Positions 37,452-49,106 of a stretch of DNA of 64,000 nucleotides are shown piece by piece. Position 1 is the stretch's first letter, and each line of letters begins with the position of its first letter. The position numbers were made by a program, and so were the translations under genes. The stretch is taken from positions 1,426,001 through 1,490,000 of the forward strand of contig JAYWIR010000039.1 of assembly GCA_036172245.1 (NCBI GenBank), written 5' to 3'. The notes beneath the pieces are model-generated. The model was not told where the DNA came from and did no database searches. It was given only the letters and a program-made list of their open reading frames with translations. This stretch comes from Raillietiella orientalis (lineage: Eukaryota).

Positions 37452-39090
37452 AAATCCCTTAAGGTTTAAAAAATAAATACGTATGCACGTTCGTATATGA
37501 ATTTGTACGTAGATTAATAACGCATAGATTTAGGTATATTGTAAAGACTAAATAAACACGTGTGCTTGTTCTGTATATTAATACATATATTTATACATAG
37601 GTACATACACAAATTCAGTTAAAAATACATACTTATCGATAATTATCAACGTACTGTATTCATTATACTATTAATATAAAAAGTAATATGTGTATCATAT
37701 ACTAATGTATGTTTGTACATAGGGAAACATACAATGTAAAGATTATAAAAAATATGTGTGTTTATTAGTATTTCAGTATAAACAATAATCTGTTGATTGC
37801 CACATATATATTTGTATATAGAGTAATATACGTTGTAAAGATTACGAAAAATAAATATATATGTGCTTATCTAATATGCATAAATTAATATATAAGCTAA
37901 TGTATACATTAATATGCAAACTTATTGTAACATACACAGTATACGTATCAATATATTATTAATATATACAGTAAACTTTATAAAATACAAACATACATAT
38001 TTATGTTGTACATTAATGTATATTTCTACATATAATAATTATATATTAATAATAAAATTCAGTAGTTGTATATACTATGCAACTACTGAATTTTCAAAAA
38101 TAAAAAATAACTGCCGCAATTAAAAATATCGGGAAAACTGAAGACGCAAACAAAATGAAAAAACAAAAAAGAAATTTTGTATCTGATTTTTCCATCATTT
38201 CTAATACTGAATAAATGACACTTTCCAGGGAATTGATGAATTCCATTCTGCGAATTCTGATCCTATGATAAATATATGTCTATAATTTGATATTGATATA
38301 TTCATTGCGCATGCATTGATTATATGTATAAATATAGGTCAACACATTTTACTAATTATTCTAATAAATATGCATGTTAAAATAAATTTGCATTTTAATC
38401 TATATGCATTAATATAGGCATAAATGACATATATATTTGGTATTATCCTGGAATACACATTAATCTGTATGCTAATGCACATATCAGTAAGCATATTAAT
38501 ATATAATAAACATGTGTATTCATTTTTTATGATCTTTATGATGTATATTTATCTATATATTAATCCGTATGTAAATACGTATACAATACAAAAAGCATCA
38601 TTTATTATATTAATATCCATAATAAACACGCATAGATATTAATCCATATAATATTTTATATATAAACACAAATATTTATATATACAATTAATACATGTGT
38701 TTATTTTTATAGTGTGCATAATATGTATTACTCTATATACAAATATACATATATATACGTAAAAAACATATTATTCATTATATTAATAGTATGTATGTAA
38801 GCAGATATTAATGCATATATATGTGTGTTTAAACAATATTACTATTAATAAAATACATGTGTTAATAAATATGTACGTTAAAATAAATGTGCATATTAAT
38901 CTATGTGTAATTAATCTACGTTTCTATATAGATTGTTATACAGATATATTAATTTACAGAAGATATATACAGAAGAGGCATACATATTTATTTTTCATAG
39001 TCTTTGTAATATACATTTATCTATATACAAATTTATCTATCAGTATACATAATAAGCATATGCATTTATTTCTAAGATCCTTTGGGATTC
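37452..39090. mobile_element. AT-rich foldback-like element with long, modular, imperfect inverted arms
   Basis: The left arm (~37452-38070) and right arm (~38270-39090) are built from related degenerate sub-repeats in opposite orientation. Exact 21-bp inverted match: 37808-37828 vs 38726-38746. The termini aatcccttaagg..aaataaatacgtatgc and gcatatgcatttattt..cctttgggatt are inverted counterparts. Confidence 0.65.
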
Positions 39091-39149
39091 TGAGCAGCAC
39101 CGGATAAGAACATGTAGATAAGGTGAAGATTTCCATAAGCGCCGTCTCA

Positions 39150-41990
39150 TTCATTTGCACTTTACATTGGCCCTGGAGGAAATCAGTTGAGAAAACAGCA
39201 ATACAAAGACTGCTGCAGCATAAGTTATCTTACAAAGAAGTTCCTGCAATCACTAAATCTGTGCCCAGCTTCCATTGTGATTCTAAGCAAATTCGTCAAT
39301 CCAGATTTTTGTGAGGGCATCCGGATTTGTGTCAGATTCGAAATTCTTATTCGAACTGTGAGCAATCGAAATAGATTTGTCATTTTTGGCTCCATTAATC
39401 CAATGTTTCCATAAGTGCTCGAGCTGTGGCATGCTGGCAATAGAATCATAACTTCGAGCTGACGGTGAACTTCGTTGCTGAATGACTCCCACGTCAGAAT
39501 GGGGACCCGGAACCACTTCAGCCCAGGACAGATAAAAAACAGTCAGCTCTTTGCCATCATACTCTTACAGACCTTCAGGCAATAAAGCCACTTTCATAGT
39601 CTCAGAATGAGAACAGCTTAAAAACAGCTCAACAGCTTAGTCTTACAAAAGATGGTATTCTTAACTGGTTCCCGAAAGCATGTTGGAATGGAGAGTCTCA
39701 AAGTGCCAAGAGAAGCTTGAAAGATCAAGAAGTCTTCTTGTTTCCACATTTAGGCTTTCAGTTAGCCGTGATTGACCAGATTGAAACTTTGATGTATACA
39801 GGCAACAGCAGATGATGCTAAATACAAATAAACAAAATAAGGGACATCGAAGAATCCCATTTTCTCTTTTGCCCTCGGCCATTGATGGGGCGATGGATCT
39901 GGCTTGACATTTTGAGAATTTAACATCTGAAACAATGGATGCCACAGCCAGAGGACACGATGGACCGCTACATCGCAGCTCATCTGCAGTCCACAAGATG
40001 GCGCTCCTTCGAATTCGGATCAAAAGTAAACTTCCTTCTTCGCGCACAGTGCCTCCGCATCCATCTGCATGGGGTCTGAAAGGAAGCAGTTGAGTCATCA
40101 CATGCAGCATGCTACCAGGGTTCTTGTAATCGCCAAGTCTGCGCCCAGCTTCATCCTTGATTTCTCGCAACAGTTTCGAGACTTTCTTTCTTCCCGTAGA
40201 TCATGAAGCCTCTTATGAAATAAAATATGACTTTGCCATCTCCATCCGATTTAAGATTTCTCGACGGTGCAACTGTGAATGAGATTTTGCAGCACAGAAT
40301 TCGATTCCTCTTTTCATGTTTTTGCTGCTGGCTGTATGTCATAATTTCCGCAACTGTTTCTCTCTTACACACTGTTCACGCAAATCCGGTGGTAATTCTG
40401 TGTCCCAAAGTCCTTTTCTCTTTTTCTCCCCCTATCTCTATTATATTTAATTGTGGCTACTGAATCTCCTTGTCCTTTTCAACTTCCTCATCTGAGGAAG
40501 AGCCATTTCTGACTCATTTATGATATTTTTTCTTGTGTTTTTTTTCATGCTGTTTTGTGCATCGCAGCGCACTTTGAGATATTGTAGGAGTGCAATTCCT
40601 GAGGACCATTTTTTTAAGCTCTTTGAAAACTGCTTCTAGAATGAATTCCTCCTTCCAAGGTTTATTTTCCTTTTGATCCTCAGCAACCCTTTCCACTTGT
40701 CCTAAGCTGCTTACTGCAGTGATTAAGAACGACGCAACCCCCCTCTGCACCCAAATGCATTCACTCCCGGTTTGCTTCCATAATGCCCTATTCGAATGCT
40801 AGGATTCTGCAGCTCTGAAAACACTCACATGTTCTGTGTGTCACATGGATTTGTATTTTAGAAAATAATCGGATCTAGAAATCAAGAATACTTTTAAAAT
40901 AAGAGTTATGTGCTCAAATGAGCGATTTCACAAGTTGGAGCTTTCAGTTCTTAAAACACGTTTCCATTTTCGAGGTTTTGGAAGTATTGAGAACTTCTTC
41001 TGGCGTTTATCGTACTTGCAGCAGCAATCATAATTTTCAATCCCAACGAAGTTCTCAACGAGAAGCCTACGACGCCAGAACCGATGCCAGTTATTACCGT
41101 TTCTGCATTTACTGAAACATTTGTGTTCTGAAAGGTATTTGTGTTTCTTCTTGCCAGCGACAACTTTGTCTCCTCGGGACTAAAAATGTGCATGGGCAGA
41201 CCATTATGCTAAGAGAGTTAAAAACTCCACATAAAATATAAAAAGGCAAATACGATGTGCTCATAGCTTGGACAGCATTACGTACATAGCTGCCGATGAC
41301 TCTATCTCAGAAATCAGTACCTATGCAATTCGTATTCCCATCCACTTATCTTATCGTCGCGCTCCTCTATTTGGGCTCGTTGCAACTTGCCGACCCTGCG
41401 ACCACCGCGAAAGGATAATAGGAGGAAACTGTTCTTTAGGAAAGTATCGACTCGTAAACATAAAAAAAAAAAAGGGGGGGTGGGGTAGCAATGGAGAGCT
41501 CGTCGCTTTAAAATTCATAGAGCAGGATTCTTCCTCAAATGCGAAATCAATCGATTTTAAAAAAGTGTTAAAGTCCAACGTGTTTTGAAGCACCAGTATT
41601 GTTTTATTGTTTTTTTTTTCCTTTTTTTAAAATCTTTTTGTCATTTTCCTGAGGAGTTCTGTAAATATTTTTGACTTTGATTCGACCGCAACTCTTTGCA
41701 AAAATTCCGTTTTACTGGGAATCGACAACTGCTGCGAAACATCGTCGGGAATACATTCAGTGCAACCTATTCATTCGCCGTGGTGAAGCTCCCACGATTT
41801 GGTAATTGAATGGGCAGTCAACCTTTGGAGCACTGCGCGGGGTTCATAGTAGCATGCCAGCTTCTTTTTTTCCTTTTTATTCTTTCTGCAAAAGAAGAAG
41901 AAAATTTTTTTTTTGCCTGCACCATCTATCAACCACGTGCTTGTAGATTGATAGAAAAGCACAAAGCTGTGGGATAAACAATCCACGCCT
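39150..41990 (-). mobile_element. Degenerate hAT (ZNF862-like) transposase relic
   Basis: Minus-strand order: WIVY (~41980), RLTAHSITKS (~41810), FAFEEESCSMNF (~41530), RGVASFL...ILEAVFK (~40620-40745), YGKKESLETVA (~40180), and the hATC tail LLPACHSS...LTNLLRITMEAG (39225-39449, LxxLLRIxxEGP-like). Confidence 0.5.
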
Positions 41991-42049
41991 CATAATTCTT
42001 TTACATTTTACATATCCACTTGTCCAACACTTCTCTGTGTGTGTTTTTT

Positions 42050-43450
42050 ACAGTGTGTGCACAAATGCGGGCTACCACAGATCACCTAGCATGCCATAAT
42101 CGAACCTCCTGGCAGTGCCGTCTTGAGAGATCTGCATCCGTGCTTTCCGATCGTTTCGTCAGCGATCTTTCGGTTGTCGTTGCCTTCCTCAGAAGTCTTT
42201 TGCAAGCTAATTCTAGAACGGCGCACAGCACTTGCACGTCCATCAAACATCTGCAGAATTGCAGTTGCTTATGACAGACGGATTTTAAGTAGCACTTGAG
42301 CGCACATGTGGCCCTGCTGAACTTTTCTGGTGAATAATGGTACGGTGGATGCAGCTTTTTCATTTACTTTTCCTATTCATTTACTTCAGGAACAGCTTCT
42401 ACCGGGTAAGTCGAGCCCAAGAGTGGAAGCAAGAAGAGCGTGTGCCTTCTGACAGTACCGAAAATACTAATCAAGACTGCAAAGATGCATGACCACGAGA
42501 CACAATTAGCGACTGAAGCCATCAAGTGGGTCACTGAACTTGTTACTACACACCTGAGAGAAAAGCACGTATAGAAGATTAAAGCAAACACTTGAGTGAG
42601 CGCACTGCTTTCACTCGTGAGCAGGAAATTTGATATGCGGGTCTGCAATGTCTTGAAACGATGGTTTCTTTCGATTCAGGATCTCTTGCTTTTACGGACG
42701 TGTGGGTTGGCAGAGGCGAACGAACACGCCCTTCCTCGCCTAGGTCAGTTGGCCCCATACTTTAAACCATTCAAGATCACTGACTGGTTAGTTTGTTACT
42801 TTGTAACCCGAAGGGATGTTGACCCTGGATTCTGTGGGTCACGATTTTTGTTCTGGCATCCTGTTTTTTTTTGGCCGTGTGCGTTTGGAGCTGGTTTCAG
42901 AATAGCTCTACGGAACGCACTTTTCTATCCGAATAAAAATGCCAAATGTCGGCAGGTCGCTGTTCTCGGTCTCATAAAAAGTGGAATATGAACCGACTCT
43001 TTGAAGGCTTTCGCTCCCATTTCGCTTCTCGTCTCCGAGCACACCGATATTTTTTCACGAAGCATCACTCAGGCTGCTTTGTTTCTCAATAGCCATTCAC
43101 AGCTGGCACGAAATTCATTTTTCTTCTTCAAATTCCAGCAATTCGGTGACGAACAAGTTGTTCGCGCACACACACACAAGTTGGCCTGAGGGACGTGTGG
43201 ATCGCATTTCTTCGACCTCCTCACGAGCTATACATTTTCCTAGAAACCACAAGTCGGTGCATTCCGACGTGAAGGGCCCGAATGCTCCAACGCTTATACA
43301 CACTCGACTGCTTTGCTTGTACACTGCTCCTGGTCTCTACTAAAATAGAGGTGGCCGCAGCATCCCAGCCACTGTTGTCCATCAATGAGGGCGACAGAGC
43401 ACAGGAGGCACAAACTCGGAAGAGGAAGAAACTGTGCAGCACTCCGTTAA
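42050..43450 (-). mobile_element. Degenerate piggyBac (PGBD-like) transposase relic
   Basis: Minus-strand order: ILVET (~43340), WFLGKCI (~43240), MGAKAF..FHF (~43000), DRKVR (~42920), FKVWG (~42760), GTVRRH (~42450), MDVQVL (~42235, WxDxKxV-like). Confidence 0.5.
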
Positions 43451-43704
43451 CAGTGACAGCTTTTTAATCATTTCATAGTTACCACTGTCATTAGAAACAT
43501 TAGTGAGCATCAAGTTGATACGGTATTTTATGAGTTATTCATCCTGGTTTTTTGTTCTTGATAAACAAAGAGCTAAGCACGGGTCAAGGACAAAAAGAAC
43601 ACCGGATGGAAATACGAAACCAACGATAAATGCGAGGAACACATCAACACAAACAAATGCATGGAAAATGAACTTTGAATGACGCCCGGGGAAAGAACAC
43701 GCGA

Positions 43705-43747
43705 ATTTGATTTATTCAGTTTCATGAAGAAACTGAATAAATCAAAT
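43705..43747. repeat. Perfect inverted repeat, 19-bp stem, 5-nt loop
   Basis: ATTTGATTTATTCAGTTTC-atgaa-GAAACTGAATAAATCAAAT. Confidence 0.95.
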
Positions 43748-44866
43748 GAAAAACACGGGTCGATCTTGCAATTTATGAAAAATTACGAAGGACTAAGATG
43801 GATATCTGGGAAACACTTGTTTGATCCCGAACAAAAAAAGTAAGGACTTCGCCGTATTTGTGTGTGTACGGCATTTCGATTCGTTATCTTAAATCCCAGA
43901 TAATAAGTAAAGCACTGATGGCGACGGAAAGGCAGACCAGAATGGGAACACCAAACCAGCGTCGCTAACCATCCGAAAGACAATCCCGCTTTCCAGATGC
44001 CAGCCTATGGAACTGGGATAGCGAAACCACAGAATCAAACTGAAATAACATGACTTTCTTTTCTTCTGGTTGGTTGTGGCTATAGGAAAATTCGATTGAG
44101 AAATAATCGAACCAATATTTGCAAACGATAAAACATGCTCTCCTCGCATCACAACTGAGGGTCACTTGAGGTCCTTCCACAGAAACGAACAGCCTAATAT
44201 GACATTGATGTTGAAGTTCACACTCAATCATAATGCCACAGAATTCCGAATAACGGAGGAACGCATGAGGAGGCAACGAAGGTTGTCTTCTACCGTCTGG
44301 GAAGTAAAAGGTCGCCCTCGTCATAGTGGGTGATCAGCATCGTCACCAACTACAACCTACAAACAACTGTCTTCGTTAAAACTTGTCGCTGAAGCAATAC
44401 AACAGAATGAAAATTCTCCTCTTACCGAACAGAAGAAACAAACGTTTGAGACTCTGATTTGCGGGACTGCAACACAAAAGGGTCCGGTATCGTTTTACCT
44501 ATTTTGATTCAACGTACGCTGTGTGTACTTTGAAATCGTCAAATTAAACAGGAAAAGAAACCGAGCTACGAATCACCCTGCAATAGGATTGGCAAAAAAC
44601 TGAAATTGAAAAATAAACTTGCGGTATGCTGTTCTACCCCATGATCTACTAAAATTCTACCGAATCGGGACTAGAAGGTACTGAAAACCTGGGGCCAAAA
44701 CGAAGTGACCAAACATTCTCACGTAAAGACGCAAAGGGTATTTTTTTTTCACATGGAATAAACCTCTTTAAATAAGTCCGCACGTGCATGCAAAAGATTA
44801 CTGCTGCCCCCTTCATGCAAAGAGGCACCATCACAAAGATAAAGTGCGACCCTGCAACACTGAACA

Positions 44867-44897
44867 AACCGGTGAGAAATTTCATTTCTCACCGGTT
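44867..44897. repeat. Perfect inverted repeat, 14-bp stem, 3-nt loop
   Basis: AACCGGTGAGAAAT-ttc-ATTTCTCACCGGTT. Confidence 0.95.
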
Positions 44898-45447
44898 GAG
44901 CGGTACCTTTCACCCAATCTCAATAAAATGAGTACATCAAATATCCTTCCAAGAATCAAAGCGGTGTCGGCTTTGGGTGGTACTTGAATAGTTATAAAAG
45001 GTCGTCGTGAATTTCTTATGATAATACACTCCCAACACTTTAGACCTGTGCTTTCTAGACCCCTAAATTCCTTTTATGCACCGAAATTGGAACATATCGT
45101 AATAACGAGTTCCGGAAGGATTCAGCAGCACGTGATTTTGAATGCAATCACACTCTGAATCGCTGGAAAATGTGCTAATTATGAGTCAGTATGTGAATAA
45201 AAACTACCCTTCAGTATACCCTTGGTCGGAAAAAAAAAAATCACAAGTAGGTTTGCGAAAAAGAAGGTCCATCGTGAAACTTCTTGGTGACATGCGCATG
45301 ACCATAACTTGGAATTCGGAGCAACAGTTAACGTACAGCACATTCAAACACACTTTCCTGTGTTCACATTTGCAATATGAAAGTAATAAGATGCATTCTA
45401 CAGAATTAATGAAAAACACAAGGCAAATCAGTATGTGGTTTATGCTT

Positions 45448-48400
45448 CTATGCATCATTCACTTTACTCGCAAGTAGTGTCTTCATGCTTTCTCTTGTTA
45501 CTCGAAACAAATGCCAATTCCCCTCAATGGTCATATCAGCTGCTCCATTTCTCTTATAGAAGTCAATGGCTAGGTCATTCCAATTCAGTACTGAAAAATC
45601 CATTCTTGTGGAGCCCTTAAGAAATGATATCTGCAAAAACGTGCAACCAGTTAGAAACGAATCCCCAATATGGTCATCAAACAATCTTCATTTTCCTTGC
45701 ATCTATAATTCATTCAGCAAATACTGGATGTACGCAAAACACTGACAAGGTTTCATAAAAAATCATATCATCCTCACCTCCACTACTTTGTGAAATAACT
45801 TTTTCCCTATTCCCAGCTTTCTGAAATCGCTTTCCACAAAGATATCTTCCAAATAGGAACCTCTTCCATTCCATGTTGAATATGAATAAAAAAATAATGC
45901 AAATCCAATAAGGGAATGATTTGCCAAATTTTCAGCAACAATTGCAGTAAAAAGTTTTTCATCAAATCCATGCTGAACTAAATCTAAAATAACCACAATA
46001 AGATCTCGTAATTTTACGTTTTTCTCATGCTTCAATCTATTTCTGTTACCAGGCATACCTATAATAATATAGGCATATAATTGATACAACACATGGCTAT
46101 AATCCATATAGGTATGTGTTGTATCCATAGACATATCCCCATGTAACAGTCTGAATTGAGAAACTGGAAATTTGACACTGAAACTCCTTTCACCATTCAA
46201 GGAAATAGTTAAAGAACAGGTACAGTACAAATATTAGTATATTATGTTTATGTTACAATTCATATTCAAGGTGTCCCAAAGTATAAAAAGCTGAGTATTG
46301 ACCCAAAATGTTCACAGAATTGTAATTGTAGCGCATTTCAACAGCACAAGAACATTGCAGAGTTGGAAACTATTTTTCATAAAGATGGGATGTACTGACA
46401 TTAATCTTATGCTACTGAAACAGCATGAAAAAAAAATTATGAATAAACAATTAGTCAAGGTAATAAATCTCAATTGTTGGCAAGAATGAAGAATTACAAG
46501 ATATTAGGTAATCTTACACAAATAAAGATAACAACACACTTTTACTTAGATTATATCAAATGCAAGTGACAATAGCTTCATTTTATTCTTGTCTGTTTAC
46601 AACAAATAAGCATTTTTCATTTGAGTGTATGCTAGACTTGCTACAATACTTTTGATGCTCAGGTATATGTATGCAGAAATACATACAGGCAGTAAGATAT
46701 GAACAATGTATTACAAATTTTCAACTGGGCACACCCTAATGCACAGATTACTGCATCCCTGTATCACAATATGAAGAGCACTATATATTGCTTGAATACA
46801 TTTTCCATGTTGAACAGCACATTTACCATGTAACATCCAGCTGATTCGTTCCTTATAAACAAAAATGAACAAATGGGAAAGTTGTGGCATTGCACTTTTG
46901 CTACCAAGACTGCCCACAGCCTGACTCACTACTTTCTCTTGCCCTAAATGGCATTAATTATCACAATATCATCAACAGATTCCTTATTCATGATACAAAT
47001 CACAATTTCCAAACTTCCAGACAAAATAATATTCAGAAAGTAATCATCAGCTGGAGAACATATGTGTTTTTAAAAGAAAGAAATAAAATCAAAAAAAGCC
47101 AGTATGAAAATTGAAAAATAAATGCTTTAAAGAAAACCAAAATCAAATCCACTGCTACTGTACTTATTTAGCAGCTATCATCCAAGCAAAAAACTGTATC
47201 TTGAGAAATTTTCAGATCCCAGGCAGTCTTCTTTATTAAGCACAAAATTAACAATCCTAAATACAATTAATGCAAAACGATGATCTTTGAAATACACATC
47301 CCTTGTTGCTCAACAACCAATGTTATCAGTGTAAGCAGTGACACACATCATTGAAAACCATTATTAGAACATTTAAACATAACATTTAATTACAACTGAT
47401 CTAATATTATTAAATTATTTTTCTTTTCCTTCTAAAAAAAATTATCTTTCTGGTTAGTGGTTACAGCATAGCTTGAGCTTCATGACTTTTTTTTAAATGT
47501 AAGAGAAAAACTTTCACATTTCTCTTCCATCAATTCTGATTACTGCTGTAGTTATTGATATTTGATGAATTAGAACAAAAGCATTTCACAATAGCATTGA
47601 TACCTTTAGTTCTTTAATAGGTGCTTGTGATATCAAATTATCAGTTACAATTCCATATTTTGAGACTAGATTTATTTTTTTTTTTTTTTTCCAGTGTTTC
47701 CAACTTCTCAATTGTCTTTCCTTACAATCAATCTTCATGATGACCCATTTAAGCAGTGCATTCAGGTTATGTTACAATAATCTTAAGTCTTTGGGCTTTC
47801 TAAAAAGTTTCAGCAAGGTAAAAATTCTTAAACCACGAAACATTTCCAATTGAACATTAAGATCAACACAATTTCAGATTTTACCATTCATTACAATCAT
47901 TATTTACTAATCCCCTTCCTAATAACAAGGCTTACAGCACATAAAAAGAAACTTTGATAGTTGTGGGTTCCTCTTTGGTGTTTGTATTTCCATGATTCGA
48001 CTTGGTAAGTCAAATAGGAACAAAAAAAACGGAAACAACTATAAGATTGCAATACATGTTACTGACACATGCAAAAACATTTTGTACTGCTAAAAACTCG
48101 TGAAGAACTTGAATAAATTATTCCCAAATTTGCAATAACAAAAACCTTGAAAAACATGAGAATATGAATATCGACAACAAAATTTATGACTTGAAACTAA
48201 AACATTTAACATTACATGTGGGTGTAGTACATATAACCAAATACAATTACACACGCAAATCGGTTTACTTTTTATTAAACATTTGAACTAAAATAGGTTG
48301 AGTTGCTTTCATTAGGGCAATGCATAGTAGTTTCTGAAAGAATACATTTAAAATCAACAAGAAAGTGTTCAATAAAATCCTTAAATGGAAGGAATTATGC

Positions 48401-48651
48401 TTATATGTGTTATCACAACACTGTCTACAATAAACGATAACCAGATCAAATCCCTACCTTCGGTGGTTAACTTGACTTCATCAGGTTTTTTTTCATATTC
48501 TGCCAATTTCTGTAATATGCAGATGATCAAAACAAATTCTAATTTTTTGGACATTTAAACATTTTACCTTTATCAATAGAAGAATTTGCGGGCAATCATC
48601 TTTCACTGCTTCTCTTATAATGATGTTGGAATTATTGGTAAGATTTTCCAT
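45448..48651 (-). CDS. SAT: SAT1/SAT2-family GNAT (diamine/spermidine-spermine or thialysine N-acetyltransferase); exons 48651-48568, 48509-48458, 45983-45778, 45630-45448; 174 aa
   Basis: The spliced product reads IREAVKDDCPQILLLIK|KLAEYEK..VKLTTE|DLVQHGF..FYSYSTWNGRGSYLEDIFVESDFRKLGIGKKL..|..RMDFSVLNWNDLAIDFYKRNGA. These are SAT-family motifs including the R/KxxGxG acetyl-CoA loop. GT-AG introns of 58, 2474 and 147 nt; 525-nt open CDS. Confidence 0.93.
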
Positions 48652-48654
48652 ATT

Positions 48655-48675
48655 TCAGATTTTAGGAAATTCCAT
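48655..48675 (-). promoter_or_regulatory. Candidate uORF (MEFPKI*) in frame with, and ending 3 nt before, the SAT start codon
   Basis: Minus strand reads ATG GAA TTT CCT AAA ATC TGA AAT ATG GAA AAT. Whether it lies in the mature mRNA is not known. Confidence 0.45.
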
Positions 48676-49069
48676 GTACTTTCGTATTTTTAGCACCACC
48701 TTTTGAGAAAACGGCCACACTCAATGTACAACACTCATTATTATCAACAGCAATTTCCAAGTGTTCCTGAACTTAAACATGCATTAGCATATGACCACAA
48801 AAACTTTTCGCATTGCTTATTATTTTATGCAGAATAATTCAACTTGTACAATAGTTCACAAAATTTGAAAATTCCAACCTGAAAACATAAGCAGCGAGGC
48901 ACTAGTTGACTGGTTATATTCAATTAGCTACTTCTGAAGAGGAGTACCTAATCGAATCTGTGTCTTTCTCTGTAGAAAGATATAGCAAATCTGTGTTTTT
49001 GTATCTATATTTCTCTATAGAAAGATATAGATGTATTTGGTATATTTCAATCAAATATTTTGCTGTCAC

Positions 49070-49106
49070 TTTTTAAAGTGGACACGTGCAGTGTCCACTT
49101 TAAAAA
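49070..49106. repeat. Perfect inverted repeat, 16-bp stem, 5-nt loop
   Basis: TTTTTAAAGTGGACAC-gtgca-GTGTCCACTTTAAAAA. Confidence 0.95.

Noticed and set aside
37914..39107. Ile/Tyr/Asn-rich ORFs as membrane proteins or organellar insertions
   Set aside because: They are translation artefacts of the AT-rich repeated arms, with no mitochondrial gene motifs.
43705..49106. Hairpins as bacterial rho-independent terminators
   Set aside because: The neighbouring genes are spliced eukaryotic genes, and the hairpins do not follow prokaryote-like ORFs.
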